Assembly (NCBI GenBank): GCA_964016885.1
Contig: OZ024766.1
Span: 4,712,001 to 4,776,000 of the forward strand
Origin: Eledone cirrhosa
Taxonomy: Eukaryota
DNA: 64,000 nt
Reading direction: 5' to 3'
The notes below the pieces were generated by a model. That model worked only from the letters and a program-made list of their open reading frames with translations, did no database searches and was not told the DNA's origin. Shown piece after piece: positions 52,501-64,000 of this stretch; within the stretch, counting starts at the first letter, position 1; every line of letters starts with the position of its first letter. The position numbers were made by a program, and so were the translations under genes.

Positions 52501-52567
52501 ATCTAAAAAAAAAATCTTCCATTATCATTTTATGTAAAAACTTTTGTTAAGTTATGTTCCAAACACC
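49540..52567. repeat. ~82-89-bp minisatellite (~35 copies)
   Basis: Repeated AAAACCTTTGTTAAGTTATGTTCCAAACACCATCATAACGTG; related low-copy sequence at 53543-53805. Confidence 0.92.
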
Positions 52568-52606
52568 AGAAATATGGTAATGAAAGGGTTACCAAGGGCT
52601 CCTTAC

Positions 52607-52772
52607 TTCTGTCATAGTTTATTTCCATATTCATATTCCTGGCATCATGGCTGATTGATGCTGTGGCATGCATGTCCTTCATACCATCCTCCTTCTTATT
52701 CAGTGTCACAGAGAACTCCCTGTCTGTGTCAACAGATCCTTGGATTTCAATATGTCTGACATTGGACATCAG
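52607..52772 (-). CDS. LLTP exon 5
   Basis: TTTTCAG acceptor, LMSNVRHIE...INYDR, GTAAGG donor in phase 1 matching the next exon. Confidence 0.85.
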
Positions 52773-52777
52773 CTGAA

Positions 52778-52809
<32 letters not shown>

Positions 52810-53520
52810 TTTCTTTATTAACCACAAGGGTTTACATAAAGTAGACATTAAGGACAGTGCAGGACAATACAGGACGGTACAAATGGGCATTTCTGCGTGT
52901 AATGCTTTCTCTATTAACCACAAGGGTTTACATAAAGTAGACATTAAGGACAGTGCAGGACAATACAGGACGGTACAAATGGGCATTTCTGCGTGTAATG
53001 CTTTCTCTATTAACCACAAGGGTTTACATAAAGTAGACATTAAGGACAGTGCAGGACAATACAGGACGGTACAAATGGGCATTTCTGCGTGTAAAAAACA
53101 AAAACAGAGGATGTAACAAAAAATAACAATGAAAAATTCCCCAATAGGGGGGAGACTTCGGAGGGACATTTGTGGAGAAAGCCCAGTAAAAGGCCACAGT
53201 GACCCTGACCACCAAGGCAAGTGCCCTCTCCCAGTTTTCCACCTTTAATTTACAGACACATACTCAGAGTAGGCCCATTCACTCGGGCCATTCTTGCTTC
53301 TCTCACCCATCTTTCAACAAAATGCTGGGAAGAGAACACTTCCCTCTCTACCCTGATTTTCCTTTTCAAATGAAATTTGAAAAAGTCAATCAGGGCATCA
53401 CCGAAGAGGTAAGTGCTCGTCTTCAGCCCTTTCAAACGTGTCCACCATACTATCTCTTTCGCCATGGCCACCAGACAGATAAAAACTGCCTGCCCTTCCC
53501 GGCTAAAGGAGGAGGGCGAA
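52778..53520 (-). mobile_element. L1/Tx1-like LINE 3' end with a triplicated 96-bp terminal unit
   Basis: AKEIVWWTRLKG...[23 protein letters not shown]-stop, UTR, (TTA)n tail; clade tentative. Confidence 0.7.
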
Positions 53521-53870
53521 TAATAATAATAATAAAGGGTTAAAGTGTTTATATTTAAAAACCTTTGTTAAGTTACTTTCCAAACACCCCTGGTTCTATG
53601 ATACAAAATTGTTTATATTAAAGTGTTTATATTTATCTAAAAACCTTCCATTGTCATTTTCTGTCAAAACCTTTGTTAAGTTACTTTCCAAACACCCCTG
53701 GTTCTCTGATACAAAATTGTTTATGTTAAAGTGTTTATATTTATCTAAAAACCTTCCATTGTCATTTTCTATCAAAACCTTTGTTAAGTTATGTTCCAAA
53801 CACCAACAGTTACAGTGACTTTCATTAGAAATATGGTAAAGAAAGGGTTAAAAATCTCTTCAGTAATTAC

Positions 53871-54194
53871 CTCAACATTGAGTTCCTTCCTCAGTTTGTT
53901 TATATCCGTTCTCATTCTGAGGTTCTCCTTCTCTCGTTTGTTTATCAGATAGTTGAAGTCAATACCGGTGCTGTATCTTTCACGTGTGGCAGCAGCGTAG
54001 GCCATGATTCCGAGTTCGAAGTTAGAGTATGGATGTTCCACACGGAAGTCAAATGTGTAGTTTCCATTGTCGTTGTTCAACTTACTTTCAATGGTCAGTG
54101 TTTTACGTACATCCTGGTCAACACTCAGCTGAGTTCGGCCATTAAATATACTATTTCCTATACGTCCAACAATAACAGTCTTTAGTTTCATGTT
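53871..54194 (-). CDS. LLTP exon 4
   Basis: TTTCAG acceptor, NMKLKTVIVG...ELNVE, GTAATT donor, phase 0/0. Confidence 0.88.
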
Positions 54195-54342
54195 CTGAAA
54201 AGAATAAACATTAAATCTGAGACATTTTACTTTCTGAACCCTTTGACTGTGTCGCGGATATGGTAGTCTCCCTAGTTTTTGGTGATAAGCAAAACCTACA
54301 GTCAGTAGGCACCGCTTAATCAAATATACACCCCCATCCCAT

Positions 54343-55233
54343 ATCATCATCATCATCGTTTAACATCCATCTTCCACGCTTGCATGGGTTTGGACGGGAG
54401 TTTTCCCACTTGAGGCAAGATTGGTTGTCTTGCTCATATAGGACTGTCTGGCGGGTTTTCTACGGCTGGATGCCCTTCCTAACACCAACCACGTTTACAG
54501 TGTGGACTGGGGGGTTTTTACCATGTCACCTACACGGCCACATTACAGCGTGGACTGTGTGTTTTTTGTCGTGACACCTACACGGCCTCATTTGTTTCGG
54601 ACTGGATGTTGTGGTACCAACATAACTTTACATTGAAAGGGGTGGTGTGGATGGGGTGGGGGTAGTGGGACAGGGGTCTATTTTTGTTAGAGGTGCCTAC
54701 TGACTGTAGTAGGTTTCACTTTGTACTTAGGTAAGGCGGGTCTTCTGTATTACTGCGTAGCGCCAAAGATCTCGGTCCAGTGACATTGTCTTGGAGAGGT
54801 GTAAGCGTGCGAGGTCGGAATTTATCAAGTCGTCCCAGGTTTTTCTGGGTCTGCCTATTCCGTGGCTACCGTCTATTTTTATTGCCCTGCACTTTTTTAT
54901 ACAGCTGTCGTCTTTCATGCGCATCACGTGACCATACCAACGTAGTCTTCTCTCGAGTAAACAACATCTGATCCCTCTTATTTCTAATTTTTCCCTTAGT
55001 TCGTTTATGCTTTGCCGTTCACGTATATTACTATTACACATCCAGCAGAGCATGCAAGCTTCGTTCCTCTCCAGTCTGCGTATATCCTCTGCACACAATG
55101 CCCAGGTCTCACTGCCATGTAACATTGCTGTTCGTATGCAGGCATCATACAGCCTGCCTTTCAGAGAGAACCCTTTAGCGGCTAATAGTGGTATAAGCTC
55201 TCTGAACTTTTTCCATCCAGTTCTGACTCTAGC

Positions 55234-55235
<2 letters not shown>
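54343..55235 (-). mobile_element. 5'-truncated RTE-clade LINE
   Basis: ARVRTGWKKFREL...MLHGSETW...RRLRWYGHVMRM...GRPRKTW...DRDLWR is the typical RTE C-terminal region; (GAT)n tail. Confidence 0.9.
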
Positions 55236-55279
<44 letters not shown>

Positions 55280-55365
55280 TACGTTATTCCGGGTTGAATC
55301 GGAGGTAACCACAGTAAGTAAGGTACTCAATACATTGCAGAGTATAAAAGTTTTAATATAGATGA

Positions 55366-55414
55366 GATTCTACAGGACTAGAACTGTTTCATTCTTTAGA
55401 AATCATCAGGATTC
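55366..55414 (-). ncRNA. Mirror hammerhead (H1 variant), stem I 4/5 paired
   Basis: Left arm of the 55348-55476 palindrome. Confidence 0.62.
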
Positions 55415-55458
55415 CTGATGATTTCTAAAGAATGAAACAGTTCTAGTCCTGTAGAATC
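55410..55458 (+). ncRNA. Type I hammerhead ribozyme motif (H1 variant)
   Basis: GATTC-CTGATGA-TTTC/TAAA/GAAT-GAAA-CAG/TTCTAGTC/CTG-TA^GAATC. Confidence 0.77.
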
Positions 55459-55647
55459 TCATCTATATGAAAACTTATATATATATATATATATATATGC
55501 CAATCTTTACCTATCATATATTTCTACCACATTGTACTGGCTTTCTGAAACTTATCAGTCTTTTATTAAATATCTCACAATACTTTATATTAACTAAACT
55601 ACTTTATAAAGAAAAATATTAAGAAGAAATGTTTCAAAAAGTCTCAC

Positions 55648-58600
55648 GTTTTTCTGGTTCGGCATAATAAATGTGACATCAAATATCTTCTTGTTCTCAA
55701 GAGTCATAATATCAGCATCAATTCCAAACATCTCGTTTTTCTTGGTGGCATCGGGTGTAAAAGAGATGAAGATGTTGTGTTGATTTTGATGAGACTCAAC
55801 AGTGAAAGCTGCGATGCTGTTACGACGAGGTAACATCATTTGAAGGGATATTTCTTTCTTCCTGTCGGTTGTCTTTACACGAAGTTCGGCTCCGACTTTC
55901 TCGTCGGATTCTGTTCCCCATCCGAATTCTCCTTTGAACATGTACATGTTGTTGAATTTCTTCACGTGGAAGTATGTAGTTAAATCAACATCGGACTGGA
56001 CCAGTTTCAAAGTGGTTTGTCTGAAAAACATGGCTCTATCATCATTGTTCACGTACGACATTACGATCTTAAATTGTTTCAATTGGTCGACGCGGTCAAG
56101 GAATAAATCGGTATCAATGGTAAGACTGTTCTGGTCCCAGTTTGTCTTAATGGCATAGTATTGTGTGGGAAGGGTAACACTGAATTTCACCATAGCATTG
56201 TGAAGTGATTCAACAGCAAAGACAACCTCTCTCAGTTTTCGATAAGGAGTCTTTACTACTATGCTTGTTGTTCTAAGGCGATCACCCATAGATCCTTGAC
56301 AGTTAACTGAAAATCGTTTGTTGCTGAAGTCCATCTTGAGGCTGTAGGGGTTGTTGTTCTGGAAGTTGACAGACATGTCATAACCTCCCAATCGTTGTTG
56401 ACCATTGCTACCTTTAGAGACTTGACTCTTGCTTGTGAATGAAGTCTTCGTCAATGTATGTTCATACATAACGTTCATTTCACCGGTCATTTCAGAGTTA
56501 AACATCACAGTGGCCTTAATCATGTCCAGTTTCATAGGAACGGCAATGACCTTCAGCTGAACATCACCGGTGTAAGGATCAGCAAGGTCAATTGAAGCGG
56601 TCAATCCACGTGAAAGGTTGATGTTGGACTTCATCATACTTTTACGGCCATTAATGTTGGCAGTCAGCAATTCTGAGATTTCCTTAGTGACGAAGTTTGA
56701 GTTGATGTTGAAATTAAACATGGCTGTGGTTCTCCTTGATTTAAAGGTTGGTTTCAATTGAAGAAGGAAGTGGTTCTGATCCAATTCAAAACTTCCAGAG
56801 TTTTCAAAGCTGTAGTCTCCAAATGTGGCCTTCACACGGTTTTTACCGTCCTTCATGTTTCCAGTGTTGTCGACAATAAAGTCAAAGTCTTTGTTACCAG
56901 GTCTCACAACTCTGACATTCATCTGTTTGTAGTTATCGTTCATTGCCTTTAGTTTGTATGTGTTACCCTTGTTTACTAGCTGGGCGTTGAGGGTGAAGTC
57001 CTTAATGTTTTCGGAAAACTTGGCTTTAATCTCGCCCTGGTTGTCTGAAGAAGAAAAGCTAGCCATTAATTCCTGATTGGCAAAAGTGAAGGTATATTCG
57101 TAGACATCACGGTTGTTCTGGAATTGTATGTGGAGGGTGTTCCTATCCAGACGGAAGTTGAGCCTTTGTTGACCCAATTGAGGGCTTGTCATGTTGAAGT
57201 TGATCATTTCCGAGTAGTTAATATTAGAAGCAGCTAATTCATAAGTGCCGTGATGGGTCATTACTTTCGTCATGAAACGAGATGATTCAAATCCGTTCTC
57301 AATGTTTCCTTTCACTAGAAAGTTAGGCAGCACGATAGCCAGGGAGTATGAGCTGGTATCGACATTAACGGATGTACTGAATGAATATTGTTGCTGTCTC
57401 CACATTAGCTGATTGTTGAAGTAGAAGCTTCTCAGACTTCCACCAAAGTCAAACCTGAATTCAATATTTCCAAATCTAGGGGTGGTAATTTCTGCATTGA
57501 TTCCTCTGAGATAATCTTGGTTTGAGAGGATAAACTTGTACTGCTTTTTGCCAATGTTCAAACTAGTGAAGGCCTTGAACCGCTGTAAATCACCTTCAAA
57601 GTCCAGCTTGGCATTAGCCCCAGGAAGGTAAATGTTGACATCCAATGCTTTGAAGTAAGCTTTGTTCGATATTATGAGTTCGTAGGTGTCCTTGTTATGC
57701 TGGAGTTTAGCAGACAGCTTAAACTTTTTCGGTTTACCGGAAACAACAACAGAAAGCCCATCGTTGAAATATGGGGTCTTCAGGTCAGCCTTAAGGGTTC
57801 TTTTCTGAGCGGCTACCTTGTAAGAACCTTCCAGGGACATCTTCCTACCGTTGTACATAATGGAAGCATCTCCCTCAATACCTGTTTTTGTGGCGTCAAC
57901 TAGACTCTTGACCTTGAGGTTGTGTCTTGGGATAGTCACGGTCAGCTGGATGTCATCATAGTAGCCTTTGATGGCGTAGGTCATTTCGTATTTGGTGTTT
58001 CTAAAAGAAACTTTAGCCATACCATTCAAGTTCCTTACGTTGTTGTCCATCTGGAAGTGTGCCTCAAATTGGGGAGCTGTCATATCGAATGACATCTTGT
58101 TGTAGTATTCTTCGTTTGCGGCTTTCATTTGATAGACTTGGTTGTTATGTTTAGCATCAATAACCATGCTAAACATGACAGGTTGTCCGCTCAGCATAAA
58201 GTCCAGGGAATCCTTCATTTCTGGGGTCATCAGTGAGAACTTAATTTGACGGAAGTAGTTTTTAGTGGACACACTCATTTTGTATGTGTCCTGGTAGTGG
58301 GTCAAATCTGCTTTATATTGGAACGACCTTAAATCTCCAGACAATGACGTCATCAGCTCACCGTTGTAGGATGGAGAGGACACTTTAACGTCGAGCTTCG
58401 ACATGTACTTGTAGTTGATGACGAATTGGTAGTTGCCGTGGCGACCGGATTGCAAGAAGGCTTCCAGTCCGAAGTCAATGTTTGTTGGATCGATTGTCAT
58501 GTCTCCATTGAATTTCATTCCTTTCGGAGCTACCAGTTGTACGGTGACCTGTCTTCCGTGACCAGCAATGGTCATCTCAGCAGTGTATTGGTCACTCTGC

Positions 58601-60735
58601 CCTACTTTGTGGGACAAGTTGATGGTCATGTCGTTAAAGTTACCATTTCTAACCAATTGTGTTTCCCAGGTGTCAAAACCCTTCAGCATCACTTTGGAAG
58701 ACATCTCTGTTAGCTCTGGAGCATTCTTCAGGTTGGCTTTCAACATAAACACTTTAGCAACTTTCATATCCACGCTAGTATCGAAATACTTGAAATTTCC
58801 TTTATGCGTGATCTCAAATGAGAACTCATTATATTTCTTGTGAGCTGTGCTGGAAGATATTTTCACATTAAAGTCATCCATACTTCGCAAATTGTAGATA
58901 CTCTTGAAGGAAAATAATTTCTTGTTGTTGAAAAAGCTCTTCAGATTGACTGTATCAAATCTTTTACCGTCAATTTCTAAAACCAGGGTTGCTTTTGCTT
59001 GTCTTACACCACTGAATGGAGTTTCGACTTCGATTGAAGCTTCTGTGATTTTATCACTCTTTAAACTGGCTTCTATCATGGTTTTTTCGAAGTATGGCAT
59101 CACTCTGATGGAAGCTTTACCCATAGGGTTGGCAGAGTCTGGTTGGAAAGAGAGTTCCATATTGATAGCTTTAAGTGAAGGGAAATTTGGACTATCTACA
59201 TTGAAAGTGAAGGATTTCTTTGCAGCATTGTTGAAAGTGGCATCAGCCTTTATCTGTCTGCGGTCGGGAAGACCCATGTTAGCGTTTATCTTGTGGCTGG
59301 AAGCTTCCCTCTTGTAATTTCCGGATAACATCAGGTTTTTGCCTTGAGATTCAATTTTCAGTTCTCCGTCGAAGTAATGACCGGCTTGGAATTCCATAGC
59401 ACCATCGGCAGAGACATCGATTGATTCAGATTTAATTTCAACATGGGAGATTTTCCTGGAGCCAGAGAGATTCAAGTTGAACACAGTGGTCATCTTTTTA
59501 GCATTGGGTCCTGTCACTTGAGCGTTTACATCAAAGTTCATCTTTGTTCTTGTATAGTCAGCATCCATCTTCAAAAGCTGTCGGTTGTTGTAGCTTACAA
59601 ATACATCAGCTTTAATATTTCTGGGCAAGTTCTTTGTCACTACTGCTGACAACTTACCATTCCTGTAGTTTCTTAAAGAGCTTGTGTAATCGACCTTAAC
59701 CAGGGACATGGCTTGGTTATGCTTCAAAGAGTATGATCCACTAAAGTCATTCATTCTATAACTGGGTAGCTTCATCATAAAATCGCCACTAGAGGTCATT
59801 TCTCTGTCGTCATTCTGCATTGCGACTTTAACATTTCCACTGGAGCTGTACAGGTTAAACTGCATATTGGCGTCGGTGCTGATCTGTCGCCTGTCGTTAC
59901 TGTGGTCCATCTTTACAGACACAAAGATAGGGTTGTCATATTTAAATGTAAACAGAGCACTTTTCTTGTTGTCACCATATTTCATAGAGAGTTTTAAATC
60001 TGCTGGGATACGGTTCACCATATGGTGAAGAGTGAATTCGAATTCTTTGTTGTTTAAATCAAGAACCATATTATTTTTCATCTCGTTCTCAACACCTTGA
60101 CTCTTCCACTGTCTCATCATCGAATGACTTATTCGGTTACCCATATTCTTTTGTTCAATAACTTCGTTGTAACTTTCAAGGAATCTAAACGGGGTTTTTA
60201 AGTCAATTTTGAGAGATAATTTCTCTTGCAAGATTTTGGTGTAACTAACAGAACTGGTTATCTTTCGTGAAGGGTCCATTTCTAAGTCAAACATCACATC
60301 TCCGTTCATCTCACCTCTGGTGTAAGAATATTTCAAAGCAGATTTAAATTTATAGTCAATGTCTCGGTCTGTGAGTGCATTTTTGTCTGCGTGAAGCTCA
60401 GCTAAAGCTTTGTAGTTACCTTCAGCCATGTTAATAACAGTGGTTATTTTGGCTTTGGCATTGGAACGTAAACCCATTTGCACAGATGCAAGATTCTCAT
60501 AGGACTTGTTGGGGAGTTGAGTAAATTTCTCTTCAAATGCAACCATTCTGCCGCGATCATTGAAGGAGACTTTCACTTCGGTATTTTGGAGTCCCTTAAC
60601 CTTCACATTGCTGTAAAAGATGCCTGTTTTTAGGAAGTGGCCTGGTGCAAAGGTCAAGTTTATTTTGTTATCAATCTTCCTTAGGGGCCAAGTGGCAGTG
60701 TGGAAATGATCGGCAATTAGTTGGTAGTAGATGCC
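55648..60735 (-). CDS. LLTP giant exon 3 (5,088 bp, 1,696 codons; amphipathic beta-strand region)
   Basis: Uninterrupted non-repetitive ORF with alternating hydrophobic/polar pattern and recurring (K/T)TPF/TPY motifs; CTCTACCAG acceptor, GTGAGA donor, phase 0/0. Confidence 0.93.
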
Positions 60736-61044
60736 CTGGTAGAGAAACAATACAGAGAATTAGGATATATTAACAGAAGGTAGTATATATAACTGTATTT
60801 GCAATGTTCAATGAAGGGATGGCACTCTTCTGACAAGAAGTAGCAATTAGCATATATGTATGTATGTATATTGTTATACTTTGGGAGGGTCATGTTGCCA
60901 ATAAGAAACACACGCACCAGTTGCTTTCACTTCAATTTAATTTATTATATATTTATAAATTTACAAAGTATAACAATATCGGTTTCAACACACGATTTCA
61001 GATAAAGAATCTTGCTAAACAAATTCAGAAACGAAATATGTATG

Positions 61045-61077
<33 letters not shown>

Positions 61078-61151
61078 ATATATAAACCCCACCTCCACCA
61101 ATCCTTCCATGCCCTCCACTATACATCAAAACAACATAACACAGTACTTAC

Positions 61152-61368
61152 ATATCCTGAATGTTCCACAGTCATAGCTATGTTGAATTCCTTGGCAATG
61201 GGTCTCAGTTTGTAACTGATGGACGACGAGAACTTGAGGTTGTTGGAGAGCTTATTTTTCACGCTGCCATAAGTCAGGTCAAAGTTGGTGTCTAGTAGAC
61301 TACTGGACTTGATCACTTTACCCTTGAGATTGAAGCTCACCCACGTGGTCCTTTTACTTGCTAGATCT
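61152..61368 (-). CDS. LLTP exon 2 (window numbering)
   Basis: CAG acceptor, DLASKRTTW...VEHSGY, GTAAGT donor; phases 2/0 consistent. Confidence 0.85.
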
Positions 61369-61506
61369 CTGTTGAGGTTCGGTTTGGTTTGATTTGGTTT
61401 GGTTGGTTTGTTTTTTTCATTTTTTTGGGGGTTTTTTTTTTTTGAAAAATGGAAAAGAAGAAGGAAAAATGAATTTGTGAATGAGAGAGAGAGAGAGTAA
61501 GAGATA

Positions 61507-61654
<148 letters not shown>

Positions 61655-61695
61655 AATACATATATAAATATATATATACATATACATATATATAT

Positions 61696-61726
<31 letters not shown>

Positions 61727-61929
61727 TAGATAAATCTACCAAGAGTTTATGGTAGTGTCCAATCCGTATGAAGAACTCAATGTATTCCGGATATCATGGA
61801 AAGAAGAGATGTAATGAAAAATCACTTTCGGTGAAAGATAAACGGAATACAGAGTCAAGATAAAATATTAAACAAATAATGAATAAAACAATGAAACAGT
61901 TCCTTATATTAAACAAAAAAAGTTCATTA

Positions 61930-62076
61930 TTATTTCTGAAGACGGCATATATGTGTGTTTGGTATGTATATTTAATCTTGATAGTTTGTATAATTTTGTA
62001 TAATTTTGTACATAGATCTGTTGAATATGCATGCCAATTCTAACACATATATATCCTAGAAACGATCGTTAAATAA
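61930..62076 (+). ncRNA. Hammerhead motif with very long stem II (H6)
   Basis: TTATTT-CTGAAGA...TGGTATGTATATTTAA/TTGAATATGCATGCCA (G-U-containing stem)...GAAA-C/GATC/G-TT^AAATAA. Confidence 0.68.
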
Positions 62077-62134
62077 TGAACTTTTTTTGTTTAATATAAG
62101 AAACTGTTTCATTGTTTTATTCATTATTTGTTTA

Positions 62135-62185
<51 letters not shown>

Positions 62186-62251
62186 ATATACATATATACA
62201 TATATATACATATATATAAATATATATATATAGAAATATATATATATACAA

Positions 62252-62298
<47 letters not shown>

Positions 62299-62890
62299 TA
62301 TATATATACAAATATATATATATATACATATATACATATATATACATATATACATATATATATACAAATATATATATATATATATACAAATATATATACA
62401 AATATATATATATATATAAATATATATACATATATCATCATCACCGTTTTACGTCCGTTCTTCCACGCTAGCATGGGTTAGACGGGTTGTCCCGTTGTGG
62501 GCAGTGTCTGGTCGGCTGACCATGCCTTGCTCATACAGGAACTGATCTGGCTTGATTTCTACAGCTGGATGCCCTTCCTAACACCAACCTCATTTACAGT
62601 GAGTGCTGGGTGCTTTTTCGTGGCGCCTACACGTCCACTTTTCAGTGTGGGCTGGGTGCTTTTTTGCCGTGGCACCTCCACGACCACCTTGCGGTGGGGG
62701 GGGGGGGGGACATATTGTTTATATGCTTCAGCATGTACCCATGGGAGGTCGGGTACCCTGTATTACTGCGTGACGCCAGAAGTCACGGTCGTGTGTATAT
62801 ATGTATATATATGTATATATACATATATATACATATATATACACATATATACACATATATATATAATACATACACATATATACATAATAC

Positions 62891-62921
<31 letters not shown>

Positions 62922-62977
62922 TTTGTATATATATATGAGAGAGAGAGAGGTAGAGAAAAAAAGGGGGGATAACTTAC

Positions 62978-63212
62978 ATACTTCCTGAAAAGATCATGGC
63001 ATTCTTGGCTTTTTGGGTTCTTATCTTCGCAGAGAGTGTGTGTTTGTCAGCATATTTCGGCCCGAAGTTATAACTGGTAATGACACGGCTGATTAGGCCA
63101 GCTGCTCTCTTTTCCAGGTCCCCGCTGACCTTGAAGTTACCTTTAGGGGACTTGAATGTGATCCTGGTGATGTGTTTGTTCTTGTTCTTACCAGCATTTA
63201 GAGATGTCATCA
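62978..63212 (-). CDS. Apolipophorin/vitellogenin-like large lipid transfer protein (LLTP), first exon in window; gene continues upstream
   Basis: CAG acceptor, open frame [10 protein letters not shown]...AMIFSGS, GTAAGT donor in phase 2 matching the next exon. Confidence 0.8.
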
Positions 63213-63330
63213 CTGTGTGGTGGTGGTGGAGGTGGTGGTGGTGGAGGTGGAGGAGGTGGTGGTGGTAGGTGTAGCGGGGAAGAAAGGTGGAAAAAAAAAA
63301 AAAAAATAATAATGACAATATGAATATATA

Positions 63331-63408
<78 letters not shown>

Positions 63409-63482
63409 TGTATGTATGTATGTATGCATATATATATATATATATATATATGTATATGTGTATGTATGTATGTATGTATGTA

Positions 63483-63531
<49 letters not shown>

Positions 63532-63558
63532 ATGTATATGTGTATGTATGTATGTATG

Positions 63559-63613
<55 letters not shown>

Positions 63614-63675
63614 GTGTATGTATGTATATATATATACACACACACACACGACACACGCACATATATATACATATA

Positions 63676-63776
<101 letters not shown>

Positions 63777-63785
63777 TATACATAT

Positions 63786-63824
<39 letters not shown>

Positions 63825-64000
63825 GAGGTTATATTTAATTTGTTGGGATTCAACAAGCTTAAAATGTTTATAACTGATATAAAGCACTCAACAGTTGGTT
63901 TTATAAATAGTAGAAACAATTATTGTGCCAATAGTAGAAACAATTAATTTATTGTATATATATATATATATAGATATATGTATATATATATATATGTGTG

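Overview
Eukaryotic, AT-rich, microsatellite-saturated DNA; the SINE/LINE repertoire suggests a cephalopod such as Octopus (inference). Two real protein-coding genes are supported. (1) An intronless, highly divergent class A GPCR (7673-8650, +). (2) The 3' ~2,675 codons of a very large apolipophorin/vitellogenin-like lipid transfer protein on the minus strand. I reconstructed 14 phase-consistent GT-AG exons from 63212 down to a stop at 24068, including a 5,088-bp exon and terminal VWD and C8 domains; the 5' end lies beyond the window. Nearly all other ORF-track entries are translations of repeats. The non-coding DNA holds tRNA-derived SINEs, RTE and L1/Tx1-like LINE 3' fragments, a TTAA/piggyBac-like MITE and many minisatellites, most of which are amplified pieces of those elements. 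The main hidden signal is about 14 type I hammerhead ribozyme motifs from roughly 8 sequence families. They show the CUGANGA/GAAA/NUH core, stems that vary while keeping pairing, and often palindromic stem III loops. They usually lie next to (TA)n tracts and several sit back-to-back in DNA palindromes, consistent with Penelope-like element or retrozyme remnants. Five are in sense orientation inside introns of the lipid transfer gene. All coordinates and folds were derived by eye.
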